From: Antechinus flavipes
Lineage: Eukaryota
Assembly: GCF_016432865.1 (NCBI RefSeq)
Contig: NC_067403.1
Location: forward strand, 29,574,001 to 29,638,000
Direction: 5' to 3'
Length of the DNA stretch: 64,000 nt
Part shown: positions 24,261 to 35,529 of the stretch, piece after piece
How positions within the stretch are numbered: the stretch's first letter is position 1
Layout of the letters: the number at the start of each line of letters is the position of its first letter
Notes under the pieces: generated by a model
Seen by the model: only the letters and a program-made list of their open reading frames with translations
The model's database searches: none
What the model was told of the DNA's origin: nothing
Translations under genes and position numbers: made by a program

Positions 24261-24499
24261 TTAATGTTGTGCGTACATAGCTTTTCCCCTTGGCATGCTG
24301 GTTTTTAAAACCAGTATACCTGATTCTAGGCAGGGAGGACAGCCAGCACAAAGGCATGGAGATAGACCTGACGTGCCATGCTCCAGGATTTGCCAGTAGC
24401 CATGTGTGACTGTCATGAAGTTTGTTGGGGTGAGGGAGAGTGGGGAGGAAGGAGGAAGTACTGTAGTGTACAAAACCCAGAAGGGCAGATAGAAGTCAG

Positions 24500-24880
24500 A
24501 CTGTGAAAAGCTTTCATTGCTCACCAGAGGAGTTCATACTTAATGATCTTGGAAGTAATAGGGAGTCAGTGGCACTTACTGATCAGGGAAGAAAAATGGT
24601 GCAACCTGTGCTTTAGGAAACAAATCACCTGAGCAGCTAAGTGGAGGAAGGGCTGGAGCAGAGAGACCTAGGAGAAGGATGTTGCAGTTTTCAAGGTGAG
24701 AGTTGGTGAGGGTCTGAGCTAGGGTTGTGGTTAAATGAGTAGAGAAAGGAGACATAGCATAGGAGAGTTTGGATATTAAAAACTAGATATGGCAACAGAT
24801 TGGTTATGTGAAGAGAGGCGGAGACATGGGGGATGGCACTGAGGCTGGGAGTTGGTCTGGCTGAGAGATGAGTGGGAACT
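24500..24880 (-). mobile_element. L2 fragment
   Basis: ggaagtaatagggagtca...acctgtgctttagga...ggtgagggtctgagctaggg, antisense L2 pattern. Confidence 0.65.
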
Positions 24881-24891
24881 TTAGAAGGGGA

Positions 24892-25110
24892 GGGCAGCCA
24901 GCAGATAGAGAATTGGGCCCCAGGAAGACTCGTCTTTCTGAGTTCAAATCCAGCCTCAGACACTAACTGTGGATCCTCAGTAATTGAACCCTGTTCCCCT
25001 CAGTTTCCCCATCTGTAATGTGAGCAAGAAAAGGAAATGGCAAAAAACCGCTCCAGTGTCGCTGCTAAGAAAACCCCAAATGGAGTCAGGGAGAGTTGGA
25101 AACAATAAGA
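24892..25110 (+). mobile_element. Mar1-type CORE-SINE
   Basis: gagttcaaatccagcctcagacact...ctcagtttccccatctgt...aagaaaaccccaaatgg. Confidence 0.85.
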
Positions 25111-25419
25111 GAAAGGGAGAGGGTTTGGGGCAAAGATGATTACTTTGATTTTACACTTTTACTTTAAGATGTCTGTGAGAATGGAGCAGCCCTTTGAGCT
25201 CATGTGGTCTAACAAATTCTCAAACAGAAATCTTCCATTTCTCCTCCCTTTCCCCAACCCCAAATAACATATGGTAAGTCCAGCTTTTGCTCGAAGGAAG
25301 GTCCCAAAGAGGAGCTCACCCTCTCTCTCCTGAGGCAGCCCTTTCCAGTTTTTGGGTCATTCAGAGGTTCTTCCTTATGTCCATTTTATCCCTTTGTAAA
25401 ATTTTGCTTCTAGTTGATT

Positions 25420-26260
25420 AGATTAGAGAGTTGGAAGGGTTGCTTAATGATTATGTAGCCAATCATTTTACACATGGAAAACAGACCTTATTACAGGCTC
25501 AGAGACCTGGAGTTGGAAGGTTCCCCGGAGACCATCTAGACAAACTTCCTGGCTTTACAGATGAGGAAACTCGGGTCCGGGAAGGTTGAATCGCTTTCCC
25601 CGAGCCATCTTGGCAGCAAGTTGGACCCAGGTTCCCCCCTTCTCTGTTTGTCCCATGCTCTTTCTACGGGGTGTAGTGCCCTTGGGGCCCACGCAGCCTT
25701 CACTCTCCCTTTCCTGTAAGGATCTTCCAGATACTGAAGACAGCCCTCTTTTCCTCTCCCCAGTCATATTGGTTGGATGGTTCCAGGCTTCACGATTCTC
25801 ACGCGGCCTGCTCTCGTGAGCACTCGGGTGGCTTTGCTCTGGATCTCTGGGGTTTATCCATGTGCTTTCTGAGCCAGGGCTCCAGAACTGCAGACAGTAT
25901 TCCAGATGTGCTCTCGCCAGGCTGAGATACAGCACGACTCCCACTTCTCTAGTGCCTCCTGTGAGGCCTCTCAACCGAGCCTGAGAGTCCTGCCATATCG
26001 CAGCGGCTCACCGAGTCTGCAGCCCTCAAACCTCCATTGTCAGATGAGTTACTCTCCAACCCAGCTGGACTTTCCATGGTTATTTCTGTTAAGTATCACC
26101 TTATTAGATTTGCTCCAGTGTTCCAACCTTTCTACATTTTTTGGAACCTTGATTGTCATCTGGTTTGTTGGTTTTCCTTTCCAGTTTTGTCATCTGCAGA
26201 CTTAGTAAGCATGCTATGTCTTTATTCAAATCACTAATAAAAATGTTAAGTAACTGAGGC
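25420..26260 (-). mobile_element. L3/CR1 fragment, GC-enriched
   Basis: Minus ORF remnant LYLSLARAHLEYCLQFWSP, typical of CR1 RT. Confidence 0.85.
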
Positions 26261-27419
26261 TAAACATAAATCCTTGGGGCACACCACTAGAAAATTCCTT
26301 TCAATCTAACATAAAATTATTAATCCTAATTTTTGGTTAATACTTTTTCCTGATGTGAAATGTATTTTTATTTTATTTTTAAAAAACATTAACATCTTTT
26401 GGTTTTTATATTGCCTACATTTCCAAACATATCTCTCTTAATCACTATATGAGAACTATTCCATATAATAAAGAATCAGAAAAAAAAGGAGGGTGGGGAA
26501 ACCTGTTCAGCCAGAGCAACCAACATACTGCCCAGTCCAACATTGCATGAAGTGTTCCATACTCATAACCCTCCACTTAGGCTAGGAAAGAGGAAGTATA
26601 TTCTTGTTTCCGCTTTGGGGCCAAACTTCTCCTTAGAAGTACAGTCTTTAGTTTCCATTTTGTTGTTCTTTCTATTTAATAACAGAGTTTAGATAGCCTT
26701 ATGTGCCGAGTTCTTTACAGATGATGCTCTATTTTATCCTCAGAACAATCCTGGGAGTTAGGTGCTGTAATTATCCCCATTTTCAGGTGGAAAAATTGTG
26801 GCAAACAGAAGTGATCATTTAGCTAGGGACTCACAGCCACTCAGTTAGAACTCAGGTCACCCGAACTCCAGGCTCAGTCCTCTGTACACGGTATCTATCA
26901 TATTGTTGTCCTTGACTAAACTGTTTTACTGCTTCTGCTCTGAGCAGCCATTCATGTGTCTTCCCCCGTTTCTTTTGTCAGTATTCTAGCAATTCTGATA
27001 ATAACATCTATTATGTGCTAGACAGTGTGCTGAGAGCTGGGGATGCAAAGAAAGGCATAAGAGACGATCCATGCCCTCAAGGAGCTTATAGTCTAAGGGG
27101 TGACAGTACATTAAAAGCAGCTGAAAAAGAGGGGAGGAGAGATTACCGAGGCTTGGGGCAAAATGAAATCAGCTGGATGGAAATGATCTTATCTGAGGAG
27201 GTGTGTGTAGGGTTCTCAGTTGATTTCATAGTAATTGTTTCTTACAGCATAATCTTCTATTATAGTCATGTACTATAGCTTGTCCATCCATTACCCACTT
27301 GTAGATATCTTATTTGCTTCTAGTTCTTTGAAAGTACAAATACATTTAAAATTTTTGTATTGCGTATTTTTTTGCAAATACAAATATATATATATGCATA
27401 TATATTTTTTTAATAAATA

Positions 27420-27567
27420 TTTTTTCTTTTTTGCTGAGGCAATTAGGATTAAGTGACTTGCCCTGGGTCACACAGCTAGAAGTGTTAAATGTCTGAGGTC
27501 AGATTTGAACTCAGGTCCTCCTGACTTCAGGGCTGGTGCTCTATCCACTGCGCCACCTAGCTGCCCC
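27420..27567 (-). mobile_element. WSINE1-type SINE
   Basis: poly-T + gctgaggcaatt...gtcacacagcta...tttgaactcaggtcctcctgact...ctatccactgcgccacctagctgcccc. Confidence 0.88.
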
Positions 27568-27939
27568 TATATTTATATTTTTTAATACTGTGTATTTTTA
27601 TCTTTGACCTTCTTAGAAGCATGTATCTAATAGCCAGATCTCTGGGTCAAAAGATATAGGCATTTTAGTCATTTTCTTAGTGTAATCCAAATTACTCTCC
27701 AGAATTGTTGGACCAATTCCCAGGTTCATCAAGTTTACTTTTGTGTCTTTCTTTTCACAATCTCTTCAACCTTGACTAAAGAATGCATTTTAAAAAGTTA
27801 CTTTATTATTCCTAAAGGTTGTTTGTATAATGGATGTTCAACTATTTGGTAAAACCAAAAACTGATGTTAGCATTTGCTTTAGAAGCAGGGACAGTTCCT
27901 GAACAATTTTGTTTTGAAAGCAGTAGGATTAAAATAACA

Positions 27940-28720
27940 TAAATCAAGTCAAATCAACATTTATTAATTGCTGACTGTGTTCAAAACTGGAGATACAAAG
28001 AAAGGCAAAGACAATCCCTACTTTCAAGGAATTTCTAGTCTAATGGGGACAGCAATATGAAAATAATCCTCTACAAACAAGATATATACAAGATAAATCA
28101 GAAATAATTATAATTGCAGAAGGAGAGACATTCGAATTAAGAGGGAATCAGGAAAGTCTTCTGGTAGAAGGTAGTACTTTTTTTCTGGGACCCAAAAGAA
28201 GTCAGAGAAGTCATGAGAGTGCTATGTGGGGGAATAACAGGGAAACTGGGGGTGGTCTTGAATATCCAAGGAGGATGTCCAGGTGGGAGGTGGTGAAGGC
28301 TGCCTATAGCAAGGTGTTGGCCGTGTGGGAGGCAGAGATCACAAAAAGTAGTGAGTAGCACCAAGGGACTGGGAAGTAATACCTGTGGTACTAATACCCA
28401 AGATGGCCTAGATGTGAATTTCTGCAAGGGGAGGTGGTGTGTAGGGTGTTCGTGGGGTCTAATTCTAGATATCCAGGAGGCAGTTGGAGAGCGGCAAAAC
28501 TGTGGACCAGAAAGTTATTTGGTGAGATCATCAGCTGAAATGGAAGAGAAGGGAGTCCCAGCACAGGTCGGGGTGGGGTGGTACCCACAGTGAATGGGCA
28601 TGACCTGGATGCACATCCAGGGATGGAAGCCAAGAAGGGTCAGAGCATCAGCAAGAGAACCAGAACAGACCAGGAATGCAATTGATTGTATCAGAGGCTG
28701 AGTAGGGATGAGGACTATTA
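27940..28720 (-). mobile_element. L2 fragment
   Basis: aatcaacatttatta...caaggaatt...agtctaatgggg...atcaggaaag. Confidence 0.65.
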
Positions 28721-29749
28721 TTGGGTTCCAATTTAGTCAGATCCTGAAATTTAAAATTGGAAGTGATTTTCTTGTCCAGCCACTATTCCAAGCAGTAGAA
28801 TTTTAATTTCATAGAATCTGAATATTCAAGATGACTACCAACTACAATATCCTCTACTATTTTTCTCTTTAATGTTTTATTTTTTCCAATTACATGTAAA
28901 AACAATTTATTTTCATTTTTACAATTTTGAGTTCCAAGTTCTCTCTCATCTTTTCTCCCTTGACCACTCTGAGAATGCAAGCATTTTGATAAAGGTTTTA
29001 CATATGCAATCATAGAAAACATATTTCCATATTAATCATGTGAAAAAACAGGCAAAAAGCCCAAGAAAAGAAAATTTATAAAAAATATGAGCACAACAAC
29101 GTAACATATAGAAATATGTTTAAGAGGATTGCACATATTTAACCTATAGTAGATTGTTTACTGTCTTGCAGAGGTGGGAGATAAGGGAGGAAAGGAGAAA
29201 AATTTGGAACACAAAGACTTCGAAAAAATGTTGAGAACTATCTTTATTTGGAAAAATAAAATACTGTTAAGAAAAACAAAACAAAACAAAACATGAACAT
29301 GGTATTTTATACATGGTTTAACCTGAACTGTTAACTCTTTACATTTTGACGCCATATTATTTCTGTATCTCATTTTTGACTGGTATTGAGCTTTTAAATA
29401 TAGTAAGCAGTCTCTTGGGTCTTCTATTCTAATGATTTTTGTTCTATCCTTTCTGGTTTGAAAATAAGTTTTCCTGGGAGAGAAAACAAAATAATAGTTT
29501 TCTCAGCTGTCATAGGAGACTTTGATATTCAATTTTCTTGATTCACTGGAAAACCTTCCAAGATTGCTCCCCTTTCAAGTTTGTATGTTTCCATACATAG
29601 ATGAGGTGACTCTCATCTTGTAATTTAGAAAAAAAATTAAAACATTTATCAAAAGTGTTGATATTATTTTATTTGAAGTAATAAAACTTCAAAAACTTTA
29701 TTTCAAACAGCTGAACTGAACTTTGTAATATTTCCATCTAAATTGGTTA

Positions 29750-31700
29750 CTTGAAAGCACAAAAACAAACCCCAAAAATGGTAGGGAATAACAGAAGCAA
29801 AAGAGATTAAGAAGAAGTGGTAAGAATACACAAAAGAACTTTACCAGAAAGCTTTAACATTGATTACTTGATGGTGTGGTTACTGATCTAGGTAGAGCCA
29901 AATATCTTTGTGAAATAAGTCAAATGAGCAAGGAAGCATTGCTAGCAATAAAGCTTAGTAGAAGGGATGGAATTCCAGCTGAACTATTTAAAACCCTAAA
30001 AATGATGATGTTGAAGTTCTGCACTCAGTATGGCAGCACATTTGAAAACACAACAGTGGCCACTGAATTGGAAAAGATCAATTTACATTCCGGTCCTAAA
30101 GAAGGGAAATGCCAAAGAATGTTCAAATTACCCAGCAGCTATGCTCATTTCCCAGGCCAGCAAGATTATGCTTCAGCTTCTGGGAGCTGGGCTTCAGTAA
30201 TGTATGAACTGAGAATTACCAGAAGGCTAGGCTGCTTTTCAAAGAGGCAGATGAACTAGCGACCAAATTCATTGGATATGGAGAAAGCAAAGGAGTTCCA
30301 GAAAAACGTCTTCATTGAAGACACAAGAGCCTTTGACCATGTGGATCTCCACAGAATGGGGCAAGTCCTCCAAGACATGAGGGGACCAGATCATCCAATT
30401 TGGCTGCTTAGGACCTTGTTCAGGCCAAGAAGCACTAATTAGAACCATTATAATTAAGAATATGCAGAGATTATCTATTAAAGACTTGCTTCTTCTCAGT
30501 GGCTCAGATATCCCAAACAGTCCCAATAGTCTTTGGACAGAAAAAGCCATCTGCATCCAGAAAAAGAACTAAGGAGACTGAATGTAAATGATATACATGC
30601 TATGTTCACTTTTTTTCTTCATATCTCCTATGATTTTTCCCTTTTGTTCTGATTTTTCTCTCCCAACATGATTCATGAAGTGTAATGTGTATTAAAAACA
30701 AATAAATTTATCGGGGTGGGGGGGAAGAAATGGGAAGCCTGGTTAATAGATTAATTGTACCTATTACCAGATAAGCTTTTTTTGTGGCTTTTAGTGCTAT
30801 TTTTGATTTTCTAAATAGATTAAATTTTCTCTTAAAGCTTAAAAAAAAAAAAGATTAGGAAAGGAGTATGACAAAGCTGTATATTGTCTCCTTGTTTATT
30901 TAACTGATTTGCCAAGTACTTCAGGTTCCCAAGCTGGATGAATCCAAAGCTTGGAATTAAGGTTGCCTGGATAAACATCAACAATCTCAGTGGTGCAGAT
31001 ACCCACTGTGACGGCAGAAAGTGAAGAAGAATTAAAGTCTCTTAATGAGGGTGAAAGAGGAGAGGGTAAAAGTGGCTTGAAGCTTGACAATTAAAAAAAA
31101 GTGAAGAACTTGGCTAGTGGTCTCATTACTTTCTGAAAATAGAGGGAGAAGAAATAGAAGCATTGTCAGATTTATATTCTTGGGCTCAAAGATCACTGCA
31201 GACAGCAATTCCTCCTTGGAAGGAAAGCTATGGCAAATCTGGACAGCTTACTGAAAAACGGACATCTCCCTGCTGCCAAAGGTGGTCTGTAGGGTCAGAG
31301 TCATGCATTTTCCTGTAGCAGTGTATGTTAAACCTGGACTATAAGGACTATAAAGAAAGCTGAGAGCTGCAGCATTGATGCTGTGGAATTGTGGTGCGGA
31401 AGAAGACTTTTGAGAATCTCCTGGGCAGTAAGAGGATCAAACCAGTTAATATTTAACTTTATTGCCTGGAAGGTTAGATACTGAAACTGAAGCTTAAATA
31501 TTTTAGTTCTATAATAAGAAGATAAGACTCAGTGAAAGCGACCTCGATGTTGGGGAAGATTGGGAGGAATAGGAAGCATAAGGAAACAATGAACAGGAAC
31601 GTGGACAGACTTCAGGTGATAGTGGAGGCTTAGAAGGGCTCAGTGTGCTGTGGTCACAGAGATCACAAAGAATTGGACCAGTGTCACCAAGTGCATAAAG
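29750..31700 (+). mobile_element. Bov-B-type RTE LINE remnant, interrupted by an L1 3' end at ~30480-30850
   Basis: RT remnants DGIPAELFK.LK, wkrs.fip..kkGnak; 3' end gtggtcacagagatcacaaagaattggac. Confidence 0.88.
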
Positions 31701-32599
31701 GATCACAACAAGATTGTAGTCATTCCCGCCAGGACCTTGTCCGGATTCACGTGGTGAATAACTTAGGTACAACACCACCATCTGCATCTAACCATTTTTC
31801 TTATCTTGTCCTGGTTATGCTTCCCCCGTCTGGATTTAAATCCATGGATGCCCTCTTAGCTAAGTATGTTTGCTTAAATGGGTCAAGATTTAACACATGG
31901 ACACTGGCAGGAGTTAAATCAGCTCCTTATTTATTCGCCTTTGTAAATGGTTCACTGCCTTCCGTGGGGCTACTCGGGGAAGTGGGGAGTAGGAGAGGGG
32001 AGCGTGAAGGTTTTAGGCCCGCACAGTGCTGCCTGTGAAGTAGAGGGGTCATTATTACCCCCATTTTACAGATGAGGAAACAGGCAGAGAGAGCAAGTGA
32101 CTTGCGCAGGGCACACAGGAAGTGCCTGAGACAGATTTGAGCTCTGGTCTTGTCTGTCCTTAAGTCCAGGAGGGGACCATTCTAGGGAGTGGACGTCTGC
32201 TGAAAATGAGAGGATGCGCCTGGACCCTCCACAGAGACCCACACGTTCCCTTGGTGGAGAGCCAGGGCCTGGTTTTGCTGCTGCTTCTCTCTGCCTTCTC
32301 TCCTATGAAGACTGGTGGGGCTTTGGACAGCCACAGACCCCCGTGCATCCCCCAGACGAGACCTCCCCCGCTAAAGGGGCTGCAGCTTCTCGGCCGTTCC
32401 TGGTGTTTGCCAGTCCCCACTGGGCCTGGGGTTTGTAGAGGGCGGAGTTGGTTAAAGGAAGTGACCTAGAGGAAGGGCGAGCAGCCTTCTGGGAAGGGGA
32501 ACAGCGGTTCTGAGAAGGCGAAAAGTTCATTGTAAAAACACTTCTCTGTGTGGATGTTCAGCTACTGAATAATTTCCCTAAAATGCAGACTGCGTTGTT

Positions 32600-32990
32600 C
32601 CCTTAATAAGTATTGTTGTTTTATTTTACAATCCGAGTCTTTGTAGTCTAAATCCTGCCTCCCTGTCTGGCTGCTGTCCTCCCTCCTCACCACTGCACCT
32701 TTTGTGCCTTTGTTCCCCAAGAATCTCCTCCCAATCTCTTCTTCATGGAGCCTTTGGTTTGCTTTGTCACTGGGACCTCCTTCGGGAAGCCTTTCTAGGT
32801 CCGGCAGACCCCCTCCTCTTAGGTGCTTACCTCTCAGCTTTGCTATATTTACTTTGTTCTGATTTGTTTTCCCCTTTATAATAGAAGCCCCTGCATGGCA
32901 AAGGCACTCTTTGGCTTTTTCTTCCTCATCAGCGTCTTTAGCTCAGTGTCAGACCTACTGACAATTCACTGATAAATGTTTTTTATCTGA
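32600..32990 (+). mobile_element. L2 3' end
   Basis: cctccttcgggaagcctttc...ctcagtgtc...ataaatg pattern. Confidence 0.6.
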
Positions 32991-34982
32991 TTTATTTTCC
33001 TCCCCCTTCAATTTCATTTGAATGAAAGTCTGTATCTTTAGTTTTTACCAGGAAAAAATAAAATATGTGATCACAGTTCGGAAGAAAATGATAGAGCTCT
33101 AGAGCTAGAAGAGCGTTGTGTGGTTCCCTCAAAGCTCAGGCCCAGAGAAGAAGGCAGAGTTGGGAGAGAGGAGGTTCCGGGCTAAGCTGAGACCACGCAG
33201 GACTTGCTGGGGATAAGGAGAGAGAAGGGACTACCTGGGAGCGAGAGGGCAGCAGCGCCCAACAATGTGGGAGAAGTTCAGAGGCTCCTCTGGCAGGAGA
33301 CCCTCAGAAACCCAGGTTCAGGCGCGGGCTCTGCCGGCTCGGCATCCGTGACTGTCTCGCAGCAGAGGTTCTCCAGCTGGGAAATGGATCATCCGAATTC
33401 CTGCCCAGCTAGAAATCTGTGACGTTTATGTAATACCACTTAGAAACCTTGCGAGCTCTCCAGGCTGAGAATTGGAGACAGAGGTCGGGGGCCTGCACCA
33501 TAACTGATAAATGATAACTGATAAATGATAGAGCCAGCACTGGGACTCGAGCTGTCATCCAACCCATCGCACTTTGCATCCCACTAGAACACCTCCTGTA
33601 AAGACTTCAAGAAAACAAATGCCACCAGCCAAAAAGCTGCTCTTCTAAAAATCTTCTTACTATATTTCGTGATTCTCATAGTTTGTTTCCTGAGATCTTA
33701 ACCAAGTCACTAGGGTTAAAAGTTATCTATGATCAAATTTAATTGAAATCAGATCCTTCTAGGATGTCTGTATAATCGATTTGCATGTTCCGATTATAAG
33801 ACGTGATCCCAAATATGACAATCTAGATAGTCTGTGAAGACTTCCAGATTGTCGACTCCAAACCAATTTCATTTGAGGTTTGTTGGGCGCATGGGACTAT
33901 GGCAATGTAATGAGCTCACGGAAGATGGGGTAAAGGGGAAAAAGCCCCAAACCTCATCTTCCTGCTTCTGTCCATAGCATCCTAGATAATATTGCAGTGT
34001 ACTTATGTCAGGGAGGGGAAAGTAGTGAGGAAGGAGATGGGACTTGTGAACTCTGTGCTTCAAGAGTGTTCTCTGGTAATATGCTAGGAAGGCAGGTTCT
34101 TTAAGTGATTCTACATCTGGTGTCGTTCTGGAGGGTCAAATAGAGTGTTATTTCAAGAGATCTGGAAGGGCATCATCATGAAAGTTTAGTTCTGTGGGCT
34201 TGAATTCTTTTCTTTCTGTTTCTTTGATAAATACTACTGTCTGTGGTTGGAGAAATCATTCAGATGTGGGATTTATCTTGTCGTGTTTCCTTGGGCTATG
34301 GTCAGGGAATCCGTACCATTTAGCTTTTGCAAGTAAGAAGTGTCTCCCCTTATTCACATTCACCAATGAAGGGGTATAATGGGGTCCTAGCAAGTGAACC
34401 CAGGGAGTTTGGCTAGAGATGAGTATATAAAGGATCAGTTAGAATCAGAAGTCAACTCTTCTCTGAAGCTTTCCCCTTTTCATAAAGACATAGAGTAGAG
34501 TAAAAGTTGAATAGATGGGTCTGAACATTTGATTTTGTACAAATTTCTTTCAAGGTGTAATTGAGATTTCATAATATGGCAATTTAATTTTTTACTTTCT
34601 ATTGAAATATTTGGATTCGTCATAGATTGTTAAATGATTACACAAAAACAATTTTAAGGTTTGCAAAAGCACTATGAGCTACTATAAGTTGCATAATGCA
34701 GATATACTCATTTAAAATATATAAAATAGGGTCAGAAAGTTTCTGAATTACTCATGGATGTGTTGGCTCATTCAGTATATTTTAGTTTAAATTATTTATT
34801 CTGTTCAAAATAGAAAGCTTTGATTTCATCTCTTTCTAAATCTGTGTAGAAATGGAGTGGTTTTTGTAAGAAAATGTCAATAAATGATTTTAATGAGATT
34901 ATTTGAAGTCTAATTCTTGCAAGTTTAACATTTGTAAAGTTTCAATGATATTCATATTCACTAATATTTCTTTGTCCTTTAG

Positions 34983-35041
34983 ATCAAGATATTTTGGAAA
35001 ATATATTAATAGACAGCTGTTTTTATCCAAATGTATCAATA
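34983..35041 (+). CDS. NSUN7: NSUN7 coding exon 2 ((Y)QDILENILIDSCFYPNVSI)
   Basis: Acceptor tcctttag|AT, donor ATA|gtaagt; 59 nt, phase 1 to 0. Confidence 0.96.
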
Positions 35042-35398
35042 GTAAGTAGATAATCTTTATATCATTTGGGATCGTTCTGGGGTCTTTTTAGAGTCCTGTA
35101 TAATCATTAATGATTTAAAAATAAAAATAAAGATGGATGAGATTTTGGGAAATATCTGCTAAAAATTCTTTTTTTTACTTCTAAAATTAACTTCATGCTT
35201 ATTCCCCTTGAATACAAATAGTTATAATCATTCTTTATGTTAAAAGATTATACTAAGTATTTTTTCTGGGGAGTAAAAATGTTAAAATAATATCCTGCTT
35301 CTTTATTCTAAATAACCCCATGATTACCGAAGAGTGGAAAATACTACTATTGTATGTCACTGTGACTTTATTTTCTTTGCATGTATTTCATTTGGTAG

Positions 35399-35529
35399 CC
35401 AGATGCTTTGACAAGCCTTGTTGTTGTGATGCTGTATGACTTCCAAGACAGAAAGTTTCAAAGTCGACTTATTACAGATGTGGAACAGTCAATTTCAGAA
35501 GTTCAGGAAGTAGAGAATCTTCTTAACAG
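35399..35529 (+). CDS. NSUN7: NSUN7 coding exon 3 (PDALTSLVVVMLYDFQDRKFQSRL...EVENLLN)
   Basis: Acceptor tttggtag|CCA, donor AACAG|gtatta; 131 nt, phase 0 to 2. Confidence 0.96.

Noticed and set aside
33600-33780. Fleeting resemblance to parvovirus NS1 (LVTWL..ED) or Mononegavirales L (NPSDL...VRRFLEE)
   Set aside because: Only a few scattered residues in stop-ridden frames, with flanking motifs absent; not supportable without a search.
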